DNA of 63,944 bases, counting the filler, from Vicugna vicugna (lineage: Eukaryota): NCBI GenBank assembly GCA_013265495.1. It is 80 parts of 79 records of this genome, joined end to end, with 100 filler letters (N's around TTAATTAATTAA, not from the genome) between each part and the next. Parts side by side here need not be neighbours in the genome. Positions count along the whole stretch, not along the records: positions 37,562 to 39,014 come from MU062554.1; positions 39,115 to 39,718 come from PNXW01024919.1; positions 39,819 to 40,725 come from PNXW01024920.1; positions 40,826 to 41,722 come from PNXW01024921.1; positions 41,823 to 42,508 come from MU062557.1; positions 42,609 to 43,087 come from PNXW01024947.1; positions 43,188 to 43,674 come from PNXW01024948.1; positions 43,775 to 44,460 come from MU062558.1; 72 more parts are not named here. One strand, written 5' to 3'. This document shows positions 37,562-50,252 of the stretch, piece by piece; the stretch's first letter is position 1; each line of letters starts with the position of its first letter. The notes beneath the pieces were generated by a model. It did not search any database and was not told where the DNA came from. It saw nothing but the letters and a program-made list of their open reading frames with translations. Made by a program: the position numbers and the translations under genes.

Positions 37562-39014
37562 CCCTAGCATTCCCTGGCACAGAGACATTAGGAAAAACAA
37601 CAGGGGTGGCGAGCTTTGGCATTCCGTTAGAACCCACACGCTGCGGCCGTTGGTGGAACCTCACCACGCTCAGGATTCCGGAAACATTGTCAGTGCGTGT
37701 GGGAGCTCGAGAGACAACTCCACGCAGCTCTCTTCAGTCACAGGTGTTCCCTGTTCGGGGAATTCCGAGAAATACATTCCCTGATTTTGGGGAGGCAGCC
37801 TCTGTCACTGGGATATCCTGCAAACTCCCCTAGCATTTCCTGGCACAGAGACATTAGGAAAACCCTCAGGGGAAACGAACTTAGGCNNNNNNNNNNNNNN
37901 NNNNNNNNNNNNNNNNNNNNNNNNNNNNNNNNNNNNNNNNNNNNNNNNNNNNNNNNNNNNNNNNNNNNNNNNNNNNNNNNNNNNNNNNNNNNNNNNNNNN
38001 NNNNNNNNNNNNNNNNNNNNNNNNNNNNNNNNNNNNNNNNNNNNNNNNNNNNNNNNNNNNNNNNNNNNNNNNNNNNNNNNNNNNNNNNNNNNNNNNNNNN
38101 NNNNNNNNNNNNNNNNNNNNNNNNNNNNNNNNNNNNNNNNNNNNNNNNNNNNNNNNNNNNNNNNNNNNNNNNNNNNNNNNNNNNNNNNNNNNNNNNNNNN
38201 NNNNNNNNNNNNNNNNNNNNNNNNNNNNNNNNNNNNNNNNNNNNNNNNNNNNNNNNNNNNNNNNNNNNNNNNNNNNNNNNNNNNNNNNNNNNNNNNNNNN
38301 NNNNNNNNNNNNNNNNNNNNNNNNNNNNNNNNNNNNNNNNNNNNNNNNNNNNNNNNNNNNNNNNNNNNNNNNNNNNNNNNNNNNNNNNNNNNNNNNNNNN
38401 NNNNNNNNNNNNNNNNNNNNNNNNNNNNNNNNNNNNNNNNNNNNNNNNNNNNNNNNNNNNNNNNNNNNNNNNNNNNNNNNNNNNNNNNNNNNNNNNNNNN
38501 NNNNNNNNNNNNNNNNNNNNNNNNNNNNNNNNNNNNNNNNNNNNNNNNNNNNNNNNNNNNNNNNNNNNNNNNNNNNNNNNNNNNNNNNNNNNNNNNNNNC
38601 TGGGATATCCTGCAAACCCCCCTGGTATTCCCTGCACAGAGACATTAGGAAAACCCTCAGGGGAGACGAGCTTAGGCTTTCCGTTAGAACCCACGCGCTG
38701 TGGACCGTTTATGGAACCTCCCCACGCTCAGGAATCCGGAACCATTGTCAGTGCGTTGGGGAGCTCGAGAAACAACTCCAAGCAGCTCTCTTCAGTCACA
38801 GGTGTTCCCTGTTCGGGGAAGTCCGAGAAAAACCTTCCCTGAACTTGGGGAGGCATCCTCTGTCGCTGGGATATCCTGCAAACCCCCCTGGTATTCCCTG
38901 CACAGAGACATTAGGAAAACCCTCAGGGGAGATGAGCTTAGTCTTTCCGTTAGAACCCACGCGCTGTGGACCGTTTATGGAACCTCCCCACGCTCAGGAA
39001 TCCGGAACCATTGT
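37562..39014 (+). repeat. 267-bp satellite (family A)
   Basis: Family A consensus, tandem monomers. Confidence 0.95.
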
Positions 39015-39818
39015 NNNNNNNNNNNNNNNNNNNNNNNNNNNNNNNNNNNNNNNNNNNNTTAATTAATTAANNNNNNNNNNNNNNNNNNNNNNNNNNNNNN
39101 NNNNNNNNNNNNNNTTAAGCCGGAGTTTGGAGGAAAGCGACGCACTGTGATACGTGTCCTTTTCTCCTGCCGAGGCGGTGACTCAAGCCTCACTGCGGAG
39201 TGTGTGGCTGTCGCCTGCTGGATGCGGAAGCCTGCTGAGCTGCCAGAGGAAAAGGCTGGCGAGCAGGAGAACACCTCCCAGGTTCCCACACCATTGACAG
39301 GAAGCCGGCAAAGGAGTGCTGCTCAGCCTGCCTGGGTGCTCATGCAACGTGCCGGGAGACCACCTCGGGGGCTGTCACTGAACGTTGCTGGAGCTGAGCA
39401 TCACCGCTGTTCCGCGGGCTGGCCACGCACTGCAGGGACAAGAAGTGGGAAGCACGCCAGGACCTGGGAGAGAAGCTGCGTCCTCCTGCAGCGTCCTCCC
39501 TGTCCCCTCTGCTGACAGCTTAACACCGTGCCGGCTAAACACCGTGCCGGCTGGCAACGGAGAAGTGTCTACAGGGCCCAAGTCCGGAATCACCCTCCAG
39601 ATGCCTGGGTGACATACCTACTGGTGTGACTCAGAATGAAAGTCAATAAATTTGATGAATGGCGCACCCCATTCTTCTGCTTACTGATCTGTTGCACACA
39701 CCCCTCCACACACATGTGNNNNNNNNNNNNNNNNNNNNNNNNNNNNNNNNNNNNNNNNNNNNTTAATTAATTAANNNNNNNNNNNNNNNNNNNNNNNNNN
39801 NNNNNNNNNNNNNNNNNN

Positions 39819-40725
39819 AAAGTTTCTTTTCAGTTGCTAACTCCACTCCATACATATATATGAATATGTTCAAACTCCAACCCTGTTTTACAGTGAAATC
39901 GGCAGGCACTTCTAACCGGCACTAGGAATCAGACTGAGAAACCAGAGTGTTTCTCCTGCAACCCGTTCCCTTTGTACTGAATGAACGATCGTCTCCCCTC
40001 ATGCCCAGTTCTGAGAGATAAGTGTGTGTGAAAGCCGTCCTTCACCTAGCTTGAAGGGAACACATATTTTCTTTTCAGGTGCAAACTCCACTCCATACTT
40101 ATATATGGGGAGGTACAAGCTCCAACTCGGTTTTACAGTGAAAAGCGCAGGAACTTGATACCGGCACTAGGATGCAGATGAAAATCCAGAGTAAATGTTT
40201 CTCCTGCAACCCGTTCCCTTTGTGCTGGATGAACGAACGTCTCTCCACATGCTCAATTCTGAGAGATATGTGCGTGTGAATGCCGTCCTTCACCTAGCTT
40301 GTTAGGTACACAAAGTTTCTTTTAAGTTTTAATCTCCACTGCATACATATATTTGGTTAGGTACGAGCTCCAACTCGGTTTTAGAGTGAAAACTACAGCA
40401 TCTTCAAACTGACAGCAGGAAACAGTCTGAGAAATCAAAGAAAGTGTTTCTCCTGCAACCCGTTCCCTTTGTGCTGGATGAACGAACGTCTCTCCACATG
40501 CTCAGTTCTGAGAGATAAGTGTGTGTGAAAGCCGTCCTTCACCTAGCTTGACTTTTCACTTGTCTTTTTTAGTCATTAAAGATTCTTTTCTTTTTGAAAC
40601 TACACTACATTCGTATATATTGATAAATTCTAATTCCAGCAATATTTTATGTCGTTAACTGCATGAAATTCTGATCGGTTCTTGAAACAGACTTAGTATT
40701 CTGAGTCAGTCTTTCTTATGCAACC
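39819..40725 (+). repeat. 248-249 bp tandem repeat (family E)
   Basis: ttctcctgcaacccgttccctttgt at 39951, 40199 and 40448, plus a degenerate fourth copy near 40713. Confidence 0.92.
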
Positions 40726-40825
40726 NNNNNNNNNNNNNNNNNNNNNNNNNNNNNNNNNNNNNNNNNNNNTTAATTAATTAANNNNNNNNNNNNNNNNNNN
40801 NNNNNNNNNNNNNNNNNNNNNNNNN

Positions 40826-41722
40826 TACATTCTATATTCTGTATTCAATATACTTCATTCCTTATTCTACTTTACATATTCTGTGTTCTACATTCTCTAT
40901 TCTAAATTTTATATTCAGTATTCTGTAGTATATACTCTAAATTCTGTGTTCTGAATTCCATGTTCTATATTTTGGGTTCTGTATTCTTTTTTCCATATTG
41001 TATATTTTGTGTTCTACATTCTATATTCTTTATTCTGTATTCTACCTTCGGTATCCTATATTCTATATTCTGAGTTCTACATTCTATATTCTAATTTCGA
41101 TACTCAGTATTCTGTATTCTATATTCTAAATACTGTGTACTAAATTCCATGTTCTAAATTCTGGGTTCTATATTCTCTATTCTCTATTCTCTATTCTGTG
41201 TTTTACATTCTATATTCTAAATTCTATATTCAGTATTCGTTACTCTTTTTTCTAAATTCTGTGTTCAACATTCTATATTCGAAATTCTATATTCAGTATT
41301 CTGTTTTCTATATTCTAAATTCTGTGCTCTGCATTCCATGTTCACAATTCTGGGTTTTCTATTCTGTTTTCCATATTCTATATTCTGTGTTCTTCATTGT
41401 ATATTCTGTATACTATATTCTGCTTTCCGTATTCTATATTCTTTAATTATACTCTAAATTATATACTCAGTATTCGGTATTCTATATTCTAAATTCTGTG
41501 TTCTACCTACTATATTCTAAATTCTAAATTCAGCATTCTGTATTCTATATCCTAAATTCTGTTTTATGCATTCCATGTTCTATATTCGGAGTTCTGCCTT
41601 CTATATTCTTTATTGTGTATTCTGCATGCCTTATTCTATATTCTGTGTTCTACATTCTATATTCCAAAATCTATATCCAGTATTCTGTATTCTATATTAT
41701 AAATCCTATGTTCTACATTCCA
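40826..41722 (+). repeat. Heptamer satellite (family C)
   Basis: TTCT recurs every 7 bp. Confidence 0.95.
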
Positions 41723-42608
41723 NNNNNNNNNNNNNNNNNNNNNNNNNNNNNNNNNNNNNNNNNNNNTTAATTAATTAANNNNNNNNNNNNNNNNNNNNNN
41801 NNNNNNNNNNNNNNNNNNNNNNAAAAACTTTTTATAAATACTAAAATGTATAACATATGAAAAGAAAGAATGCCTAACTCAGAAATAGTACAGAAAAAAT
41901 ATTTATGTATTTTTATCAGTTCTCCTTAAAGATTTCAAATAGAGAAAGTGAAATAAATCACCCATGCCACACAGTAAATCAGCAACAGAACTGAGCCTGG
42001 AATCCAATTATTCTAACAAGTCTTATGAATCTAAATCTTGTTAATTTTAATATGACATACACAGTGATTTTATAAAATTTCCCAGCTGGATGAGTAAGAA
42101 CAGCCCTGGGAAGGGCTCCTGNNNNNNNNNNNNNNNNNNNNNNNNNNNNNNNNNNNNNNNNNNNNNNNNNNNNNNNNNNNNNNNNNNNNNNNNNNNNNNN
42201 NNNNNNNNNNNNNNNNNNNNNNNNNNNNNNNNNNNNNNNNNNNNNNNNNNNNNNNNNNNNNNNNNNNNNNNNNNNNNNNNNNNNNNNNNNNNNNNNNNNN
42301 NNNNNNNNNNNNNNNNNNNNNNNNNNNNNNNNNNNNNNNNNNNNNNNNNNNNNNNNNNNNNNNNNNNNNNNNNNNNNNNNNGAGGTTTCTATTCAGTTTG
42401 TCCACCCCTGCCTCACATGTAGTCTTGGGATAAATTAGGGCCCTAATTTAAACTCTGTTCAATGGAAGTTGTAGCTTACTAAGGTGAGGTTTCCAATGAA
42501 TTGAATAANNNNNNNNNNNNNNNNNNNNNNNNNNNNNNNNNNNNNNNNNNNNTTAATTAATTAANNNNNNNNNNNNNNNNNNNNNNNNNNNNNNNNNNNN
42601 NNNNNNNN

Positions 42609-43087
42609 ATTCAAAGTGTATATACGCATTTTTTGGTGGAGGAAAGGTCAGTAGTTCACATGTTCACTAGTCAGAACTGCATGATTGCCGAATCCGTCAT
42701 GCATGTAGCATGTACGGAACCCGGAATGCCATGTTGATGGAATTCATGTAAATTACATACCTATTAGGTGGAAATCGCTCCAGAAATATTTTTTTTGTGA
42801 AAAATGAACGAATTCGAACCTGGTTTTAGGGAAAGCTTGTGAAAATGTGTACACGTGTCTAGATGAAAATAATACTTTTATAGAGGATGAAAGATTAGTA
42901 ATCCAGAAAGATGAAAATAGTACTTTTATAGAGGAGGAAAGATTAGTAATTCAGATGCCCTCAACTCAGGAATGTATATTTGTCGAATCCGTCATGTATG
43001 TAGCATGTACGGAACACGGTATATGATGTAGATGGAATCTAAGCAAATTACATAAGTCTAGGGAAGAATTCGCTCCAAGAGGGTTTT
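42609..43087 (-). repeat. 245-248 bp satellite (family D) with a 48-bp internal duplication
   Basis: aatccgtcat at 42691 and 42986. agatgaaaat...gattagtaat is duplicated at 42861 and 42909. Confidence 0.9.
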
Positions 43088-43236
43088 NNNNNNNNNNNNN
43101 NNNNNNNNNNNNNNNNNNNNNNNNNNNNNNNTTAATTAATTAANNNNNNNNNNNNNNNNNNNNNNNNNNNNNNNNNNNNNNNNNNNNTTTATTTGAACTC
43201 TTAAGCTTCATAATAATGGATAAGAAAACTTCCCTT

Positions 43237-43361
43237 GGGGAACAGTGTACAGTTCAGTGGTAGAGCACATGCTTAGCATGTACGACGTCCTGGGTTCAAA
43301 CCCCAGTACCTCATTTTAAAAATGAAACAAATAAATACACCTAATTACCCACCTGAAAAAG
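43237..43361 (+). mobile_element. Vic-1-like SINE
   Basis: cagtggtagagcacatgcttagcatg...gtcctgggttcaaaccccagtacctc...cctaattacc. Confidence 0.85.
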
Positions 43362-43774
43362 TATTTTTTAATTCAAAAGTCTAAAAATTTTTTAATTCAA
43401 AAGTCTAAAAACACCTTGCAATTGACACAACATTGTATACTTGACTATACTTCATTTAAAAAAAAAATCTTTGCCTTACAAGAATATATCTGGATTATGG
43501 ATGTTTTCAAGTGTAAAATGCCTAGGGTACCACCTGCATAAAAGGAGGTGACTGTACAAATGTTCTATCCCTCCTTTATGAGCTATACTTCCTTTGGGTG
43601 GGTTATAAACTCTCACAGCTAATTTTCTGAGATTAAAAATATAAATATTACCTGATTCTCAGTACTGCTGAAGANNNNNNNNNNNNNNNNNNNNNNNNNN
43701 NNNNNNNNNNNNNNNNNNTTAATTAATTAANNNNNNNNNNNNNNNNNNNNNNNNNNNNNNNNNNNNNNNNNNNN

Positions 43775-44460
43775 GGCTGCCTCCCCAATGTCAGGGAACG
43801 TATTTCTCGGGCTTCCCTGGACAGGGAACACCTGTGAATTAAGAGAGAATCGTGGAGTTGTATCTCGAACTCCCCCACGCACTGACAATGTTTCCTGAAT
43901 CCTGAGCGTGGGGAGGTTCCACCAACGGTCGGCAGCACGTGGGTTCTAACGGAATGCCTAAGCTCGTCTCCCCTGAGGGTTTTCCTAATTTCTCTGTGCC
44001 AGTGAAAACTAGGGGTGATTGCAGGATATCCCAGTGATCGAGGCTGCCTCCCCAAGGTCAGGGAAAGTATTTCTCGGACTTCCCCGAACAGGGAAAACCT
44101 GTGACTGAAGAGAGCTGCGTGGAGNNNNNNNNNNNNNNNNNNNNNNNNNNNNGGAATCCTGAGCGTGGGGAGGTTCCACCAACGGTCGGCAGCGCGTGGG
44201 TTCTAACGGAATGCCTAAGCTCGTCTCCCCTGAGGGTTTTCCTAATGACGCTGTGCCAGGGAATGCTAGGGGTGATTGCAGTAAAACCCAATGACCGAAT
44301 CTGCCTCCCCAAGGTCAGGGAAGTTATTTCTCGGACTTCCCCGAACAGGGAACACCTGTGACTGAAGAGAGCCGCGTGGAGTTGTCCCTCGAGCTCCCCA
44401 ACGCACTGACAAGGGTTCCGGATTCCTGAGTTGTGGAGGTTCCACCAACGGTCGTCAGCG
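43775..44460 (-). repeat. 267-bp satellite (family A)
   Basis: Reverse-complement consensus, tandem. Confidence 0.95.
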
Positions 44461-44699
44461 NNNNNNNNNNNNNNNNNNNNNNNNNNNNNNNNNNNNNNNN
44501 NNNNTTAATTAATTAANNNNNNNNNNNNNNNNNNNNNNNNNNNNNNNNNNNNNNNNNNNNAGGCTAGCAGGGGGAGTGGGGCTGGGGGGTGTGGCCTGTC
44601 TCAATGCATGAAGTGGATCTAGTTGGCTGCCAGGACTGTTAGTGACAGGGTGGAGGCATTGCGGATGGGGTCCCTGCCCAGCCCAGGCCCAGCCCCTGG

Positions 44700-44997
44700 G
44701 TGGGCTGCCCCACCACCCAGACCCGCCTGGCCCCTCTCGGGCCCATTCGCCAAGTCCCCGCACTGCAGCAGAACCAGGCCGAGGTTCCCTGCTGCGGCCG
44801 GTAGGAGGAGGGGCGTGTGCGGACACGGGAGCGCGCCCGGAGCGCGGGGAAGCTGGGCGGGAGCCGGGCGCTCCTGGACCAGCTCCCTGAGGAGGAACGC
44901 GGCCTGGGGTCTGGGCCGCCGCGAGCCGTCGCCTCCGCTGCCATCGCCTGGGAGGTAACAGGGCGCTGGTGGGGGCGCGCAGGTCGGGGAGCCCGCC
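44700..44997. promoter_or_regulatory. CpG-island-like GC-rich segment
   Basis: Very high GC and CpG density with GC-box-like GGGCGG/GGGGCG motifs. Confidence 0.55.
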
Positions 44998-45097
44998 NNN
45001 NNNNNNNNNNNNNNNNNNNNNNNNNNNNNNNNNNNNNNNNNTTAATTAATTAANNNNNNNNNNNNNNNNNNNNNNNNNNNNNNNNNNNNNNNNNNNN

Positions 45098-45829
45098 ACA
45101 GGAGTTCCCTGTCCGGCGTAGTCCGAGAAATACCTTCCCTGAACTTGGAGAGTCAGCCTCTGTCCCTGGGATATCCTGCAAATCCCCCTAGCATTCCCTG
45201 CCGCAGATATATTAGGAAAACACTCAGGGGATACGAGCTTTGGCATTCCGTTAGAACCCATGAGCTGCCGACCGTTGGTGGAACCTCCCCACNNNNNNNN
45301 NNNNNNNNNNNNNNNNNNNNNNNNNNNNNNNNNNNNNNNNNNNNNNNNNNNNNNNNNNNNNNNNNNNNNNNNNNNNNNNNNNNNNNNNNNNNNNNNNNNN
45401 NNNNNNNNNNNNNNNNNNNNNNNNNNNNNNNNNNNNNNNNNNNNNNNNNNNNNNNNNNNNNNNNNNNNNNNNNNNNNNNNNNNNNNNNNNNNNNNNNNNN
45501 NNNNNNNNNNNNNNNNNNNNNNNNNNNNNNNNNNNNNNNNNNNNNNNNNNNNNNNNNNNNNNNNNNNNNNNNNNNNNNNNNNNNNNNNNNNNNNNNNNNN
45601 NNNNNNNNNNNNNNNNNNNNNNNNNNNNNNNNNNNNNNNNNNNNNNNNNNNNNNNNNNNNNNNNNNNNNNNNNNNNNNNNNNNNNNNNNNNNNNNNNNNN
45701 NNNNNNNNNNNNNNNNNNNNNNNNNNNNNNNNNNNNNNNNNNNNNNNNNNNNNNNNNNNNNNNNNNNNNTCATTCCGTTAGCACCCATGCGCTGCCGACC
45801 GTTGGTGGATCCTACCCACGCTCAGGATT
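45098..45829 (+). repeat. 267-bp satellite (family A)
   Basis: Family A consensus. Confidence 0.95.
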
Positions 45830-45929
45830 NNNNNNNNNNNNNNNNNNNNNNNNNNNNNNNNNNNNNNNNNNNNTTAATTAATTAANNNNNNNNNNNNNNN
45901 NNNNNNNNNNNNNNNNNNNNNNNNNNNNN

Positions 45930-47409
45930 GCTAGTCTCCCCTGAGGGTTTTCCTAATGTCTCTGTGCCTTGGAATTCTAGGGGCATTTGCAGGACATCCC
46001 AGTGTCAAAGGTTGCCTCCCCAAGTTCAGGGAAGATATTTCTCGGACTTCCCCGAACAGGGGACACTTGTGAATGAAGAGAGCTGCGTGGAGTTGTCACT
46101 CGAGCTTCCCCACGCACTGAAAATGGTTCCGGAATACTAAGCGCGGGAGGTTCCAACAACGGTCGGCAGCGCGTGGGNNNNNNNNNNNNNNNNNNNNNNN
46201 NNNNNNNNNNNCGGACATCCGAGGGAACACTTGTGACTGAAGAGAGTTGCGTGGAGTTGTCACTCGAGCTTCCCCAACGCACTGACAATGGTTCCGGAAT
46301 CCTGAGCGTGGGGAGGTTCCACCAACGGTCGGGTCGGCGTGGGTTCTAACGGAAAGCCTAAGCTCGTCTCCCCTGAGGGTATTCCTAATGTCTCTGTGCC
46401 AGGGGATGCTAGGGGNNNNNNNNNNNNNNNNNNNNNNNNNNNNNNNNNNNNNNNNNNNNTTAATTAATTAANNNNNNNNNNNNNNNNNNNNNNNNNNNNN
46501 NNNNNNNNNNNNNNNCCCAGTGACAGAGGCTGCATCCAAAAGGTAAGGGAAAGTATTTCTCGGACTTCCCCGAACTGGGAACACCTGTGACTGAAGAGAG
46601 CTGCGTGGAGTTGTCTCTCGAGCTCCCCCACGCACTGACAATGGTTCCGGAATCGTGAGCGGGGGAGGTTCCAGCAATGGTCGGCAGCGCGAGGGTTCTA
46701 ACGGAAAGCATAAGCTCGTCTCCCCTGAGAGTTTTCCTAATGTCTCTGTGCCAGGGAATGCTAAGGGGGTTTGCAGGATATCCCAGTGACAGTGGCTGCC
46801 TCCCCAAGGTCAAGGAAGGTANNNNNNNNNNNNNNNNNNNNNNNNNNNNNNNNNNNNNNNNNNNNNNNNNNNNNNNNNNNNNNNNNNNNNNNNNNNNNNN
46901 NNNNNNNNNNNNNNNNNNNNNNNNNNNNNNNNCCAACGGTCGGCAGCGCGTGGTTTCTAACGGAAATCCTAAGCTCGTTTCCCCTGAGGGTTTTCCTAAT
47001 GTCTCTGTGGCAGGGAATGCTAGAGGGGTTTGCAGGATATTACAAGGACAGAAGCTGACTCCCCAAAGTCAAGGAAGTTATTTCTCGGACTTCCCCGTAC
47101 AGGGAACACCTGTGACTGAAGAGAGCTGCGTGGATTTGTCTCTCGAGCTCCCCCGCGNNNNNNNNNNNNNNNNNNNNNNNNNNNNNNNNNNNNNNNNNNN
47201 NNNNNNNNNNNNNNNNNNNNNNNNNNNNNNNNNNNNNNNNNNNNNNNNNNNNNNNNNNNNNNNNNNNNNNNNNNNNNNNNNNNNNNNNNNNNNNNNNNNN
47301 NNNAATATCCCAGGAGGCTGCCTCACCAAGGTCAGGGAAGTTATTACTAGGATTTCTCCGAATGGGGAACACCTGTGACTGAAGAGAGCTCTGTGGAGTT
47401 GTCTCTCGA
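45930..47409 (-). repeat. 267-bp satellite (family A); two scaffolds, 45930-46415 and 46516-47409
   Basis: Reverse-complement consensus. Confidence 0.95.
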
Positions 47410-47509
47410 NNNNNNNNNNNNNNNNNNNNNNNNNNNNNNNNNNNNNNNNNNNNTTAATTAATTAANNNNNNNNNNNNNNNNNNNNNNNNNNNNNNNNNNN
47501 NNNNNNNNN

Positions 47510-47885
47510 GTTTCTGTGAAAAAAGCACGAATTCGAACCTGGTGTTAGGGAAATATTGTGAAAAGTTGCACACGTGTCTAGATGAAAATATTACATTTAT
47601 AGAGGAGGAAANNNNNNNNNNNNNNNNNNNNNNNNNNNNNNNNNNNNNNNNNNNNNNNNNNNNNNNNNNNNNNNNNNNNNNNNNNNNNNNNNNNNNNNNN
47701 NNNNNNNNNNNNNNNNNNNNNNNNNNNNNNNNNNNNNNNNNNNNNNNNNNNNNNNNNNNNNNNNNNNNNNNNNNNNNNNNNNNNNNNNNNNNNNNNNNNG
47801 AAGCTACAAAGTTAAAGTAAATATTTCAGAATGCATAGGTTACTTGTTTGGTGGTGGAAACATCAGTCATGCGCATGTTCACAAC
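47510..47885 (-). repeat. 245-248 bp satellite (family D)
   Basis: cgaattcgaacctgg...cacgtgtctagatgaaaata. 47800-47885 is the reverse complement of about 24916-25001. Confidence 0.9.
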
Positions 47886-48849
47886 TNNNNNNNNNNNNNN
47901 NNNNNNNNNNNNNNNNNNNNNNNNNNNNNNTTAATTAATTAANNNNNNNNNNNNNNNNNNNNNNNNNNNNNNNNNNNNNNNNNNNNTAAATCAGTGAATG
48001 AGTGAATAACATGACTCTCGTTAGTCCAATGTGTGCCTGGATGAGCGAGCCTAGGCACACTGAGAACCATAACAGCCCATCTACTTAATTTCCATCCTCC
48101 TCAGATTTATGTAAAGGTTACTTCCACCCAGGCAGTGACTCCTGAAGGGCAAGAATCATGTCTGAACAAACTCTCAAATCCAGAACAGAACCTGACAACA
48201 ATTAGGCTCTGGAGTCTGTGTTTAGCGAGTGTTGAATCTCAGTGATTCCAGCTCTTACACCTTGCCTTCCCATCCCACCCCTCACGATATGGCCCTTATG
48301 ACCAGTTCTCCCGGGGCTGGGGCCACGGAAACCATTTACAGGACTGGAAGAATCTGATCATATAAACCATCCCCCAGATTATCATCAAGAGTCACCTGCA
48401 TTTCAGGAATCGGTAATCCCAGAAGCTTTGCAGTTCAGGCAGGTGNNNNNNNNNNNNNNNNNNNNNNNNNNNNNNNNNNNNNNNNNNNNNNNNNNNNNNN
48501 NNNNNNNNNNNNNNNNNNNNNNNNNNNNNNNNNNNNNNNNNNNNNNNNNNNNNNNNNNNNNNNNNNNNNNNNNNNNNNNNNNNNNNNNNNNNNNNNNNNN
48601 NNNNNNNNNNNNNNNNNNNNNNNNNNNNNNNNNNNGATTTAGAATAAAAATCATTTGAGAAAGATTGACAGAATGTAGCTTTAATGAATATTTACGTATT
48701 CTTTCCTTTCAGTAAATCATCTTCTTCCCCTACTTATCACTTCACCCAANNNNNNNNNNNNNNNNNNNNNNNNNNNNNNNNNNNNNNNNNNNNTTAATTA
48801 ATTAANNNNNNNNNNNNNNNNNNNNNNNNNNNNNNNNNNNNNNNNNNNN

Positions 48850-49497
48850 TTCCCAGGTTTGGATGTAGTTTAAACACCTCCACTGCACATAGAGGGGACA
48901 CGCTAATACTTGGCTTTAGAGCCCAACCCCCACCTAGGCTCAGAGCCCGGCCTAGGAAAACACTGAAGGATGTCAAACATAGGGATTATATTAGATCCCA
49001 AGTGCTTCTGTCAGTTGGACGAGTCTCCCCACACTCAGGATACCAGAATACCACATCGTGTGTGTGCTGAAGGTGGGGAAACAGTGTCCTTGCAACATTC
49101 AGGGGGCACAGGTATTCCCAAATATTTGGTTGTACTTTAAACCTCTTCAAATCCCGTGTTGAGGCACTCAATAATACTTGGTTTTAGAGCCCAACCCTCA
49201 CATAACCCCGCACTCCCGCCTAGGCTAGCCATCATTGAAGACAAGTTAATGGATTCGATTAGAACCCAGGCCCTGCTGTCATTTGTAGGTGCCTCCCCAC
49301 ACTCAGGAAACCTCAACCCGTCTTCGTGTGTGTGCTGGAGTTGGGGAAACTGGGTCGACGCATATTTTGGGGGGCACAGTTGTTCCAAGTTTGGGGATGT
49401 ATTTTAAACACCTCCACTGCCCATAGAGAGGCACTCGCATTGGTTAAGTGTCCAACCAAACCTTCGCTCACAGCCCGGCCTATAGAAACACTCAGGG
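48850..49497 (+). repeat. Diverged ~266-bp satellite (family B)
   Basis: taaacacctccactgc, taatacttgg and ctccccacactcagg motifs repeat. Confidence 0.9.
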
Positions 49498-49597
49498 NNN
49501 NNNNNNNNNNNNNNNNNNNNNNNNNNNNNNNNNNNNNNNNNTTAATTAATTAANNNNNNNNNNNNNNNNNNNNNNNNNNNNNNNNNNNNNNNNNNNN

Positions 49598-50152
49598 TTA
49601 GGCATTCCGTAAGAACCCACGCGCTGCCGACCGTTGGTGGAATCTCCCCACGCTCAGGATTCCGGAACCATTGTCAGTGCGTGGGGAGCTCGAGAGAAAA
49701 CTCCACGCAGCTCTCTTCATTCACAGAAGTTCCCTGTTCGGGGAAATCCGGGAAATACCTTCCCTGAATTTTGGGAGGCAGCCTCGGACACTGGGATATC
49801 CTGCAATCACCAATAGCATTCCCTGGCACAGAGACATTAGGAAAACCCTCAGGGGAGACGAGCTTAGGAATGCCGTTAGAACCCACGCGCTGCCGACCGT
49901 TGGTGGAACCTCCCCACGCTCAGGATTCCGGAACCATTGTCAGTGCGTGGGGAGCTCGAGAGAAAACTCCACGCAGCTCTCTTCATTCACAGGTGTTCCC
50001 TGTTCGGGGAAGTCCGAGAAATACCTTCCCTGAACTTGGGGAGTCAGCCTCGGTCACTGGGATAATCTGCAATCACCCCTAGCATTCCCAGGCAAAGAGA
50101 AATTAGCAAAACCCTCAGGGGAGGCGAGCTTAGGCATGCCGTTAGAACCCAC
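49598..50152 (+). repeat. 267-bp satellite (family A; 266-bp variant)
   Basis: gaacccac at 49613, 49879 and 50145. Confidence 0.95.
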
Positions 50153-50252
50153 NNNNNNNNNNNNNNNNNNNNNNNNNNNNNNNNNNNNNNNNNNNNTTAA
50201 TTAATTAANNNNNNNNNNNNNNNNNNNNNNNNNNNNNNNNNNNNNNNNNNNN

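Noticed and set aside
37697..38842. Long ORFs of up to 381 aa in the ORF track
   Set aside because: They are mostly X residues from N gaps, flanked by satellite translation.
40225..40262. Possible common ancestry of families D/E with A/B (gaacgtctctccacatgctca versus gaacctccccacgctca)
   Set aside because: It is only a short gapped similarity between families with different periods, and cannot be supported without a statistical alignment.
44860..44900. RALLDQL resembling the DUX4/DUXC C-terminal activation motif
   Set aside because: The match is very short, lacks the acidic context and terminal stop, and no homeodomain is visible.
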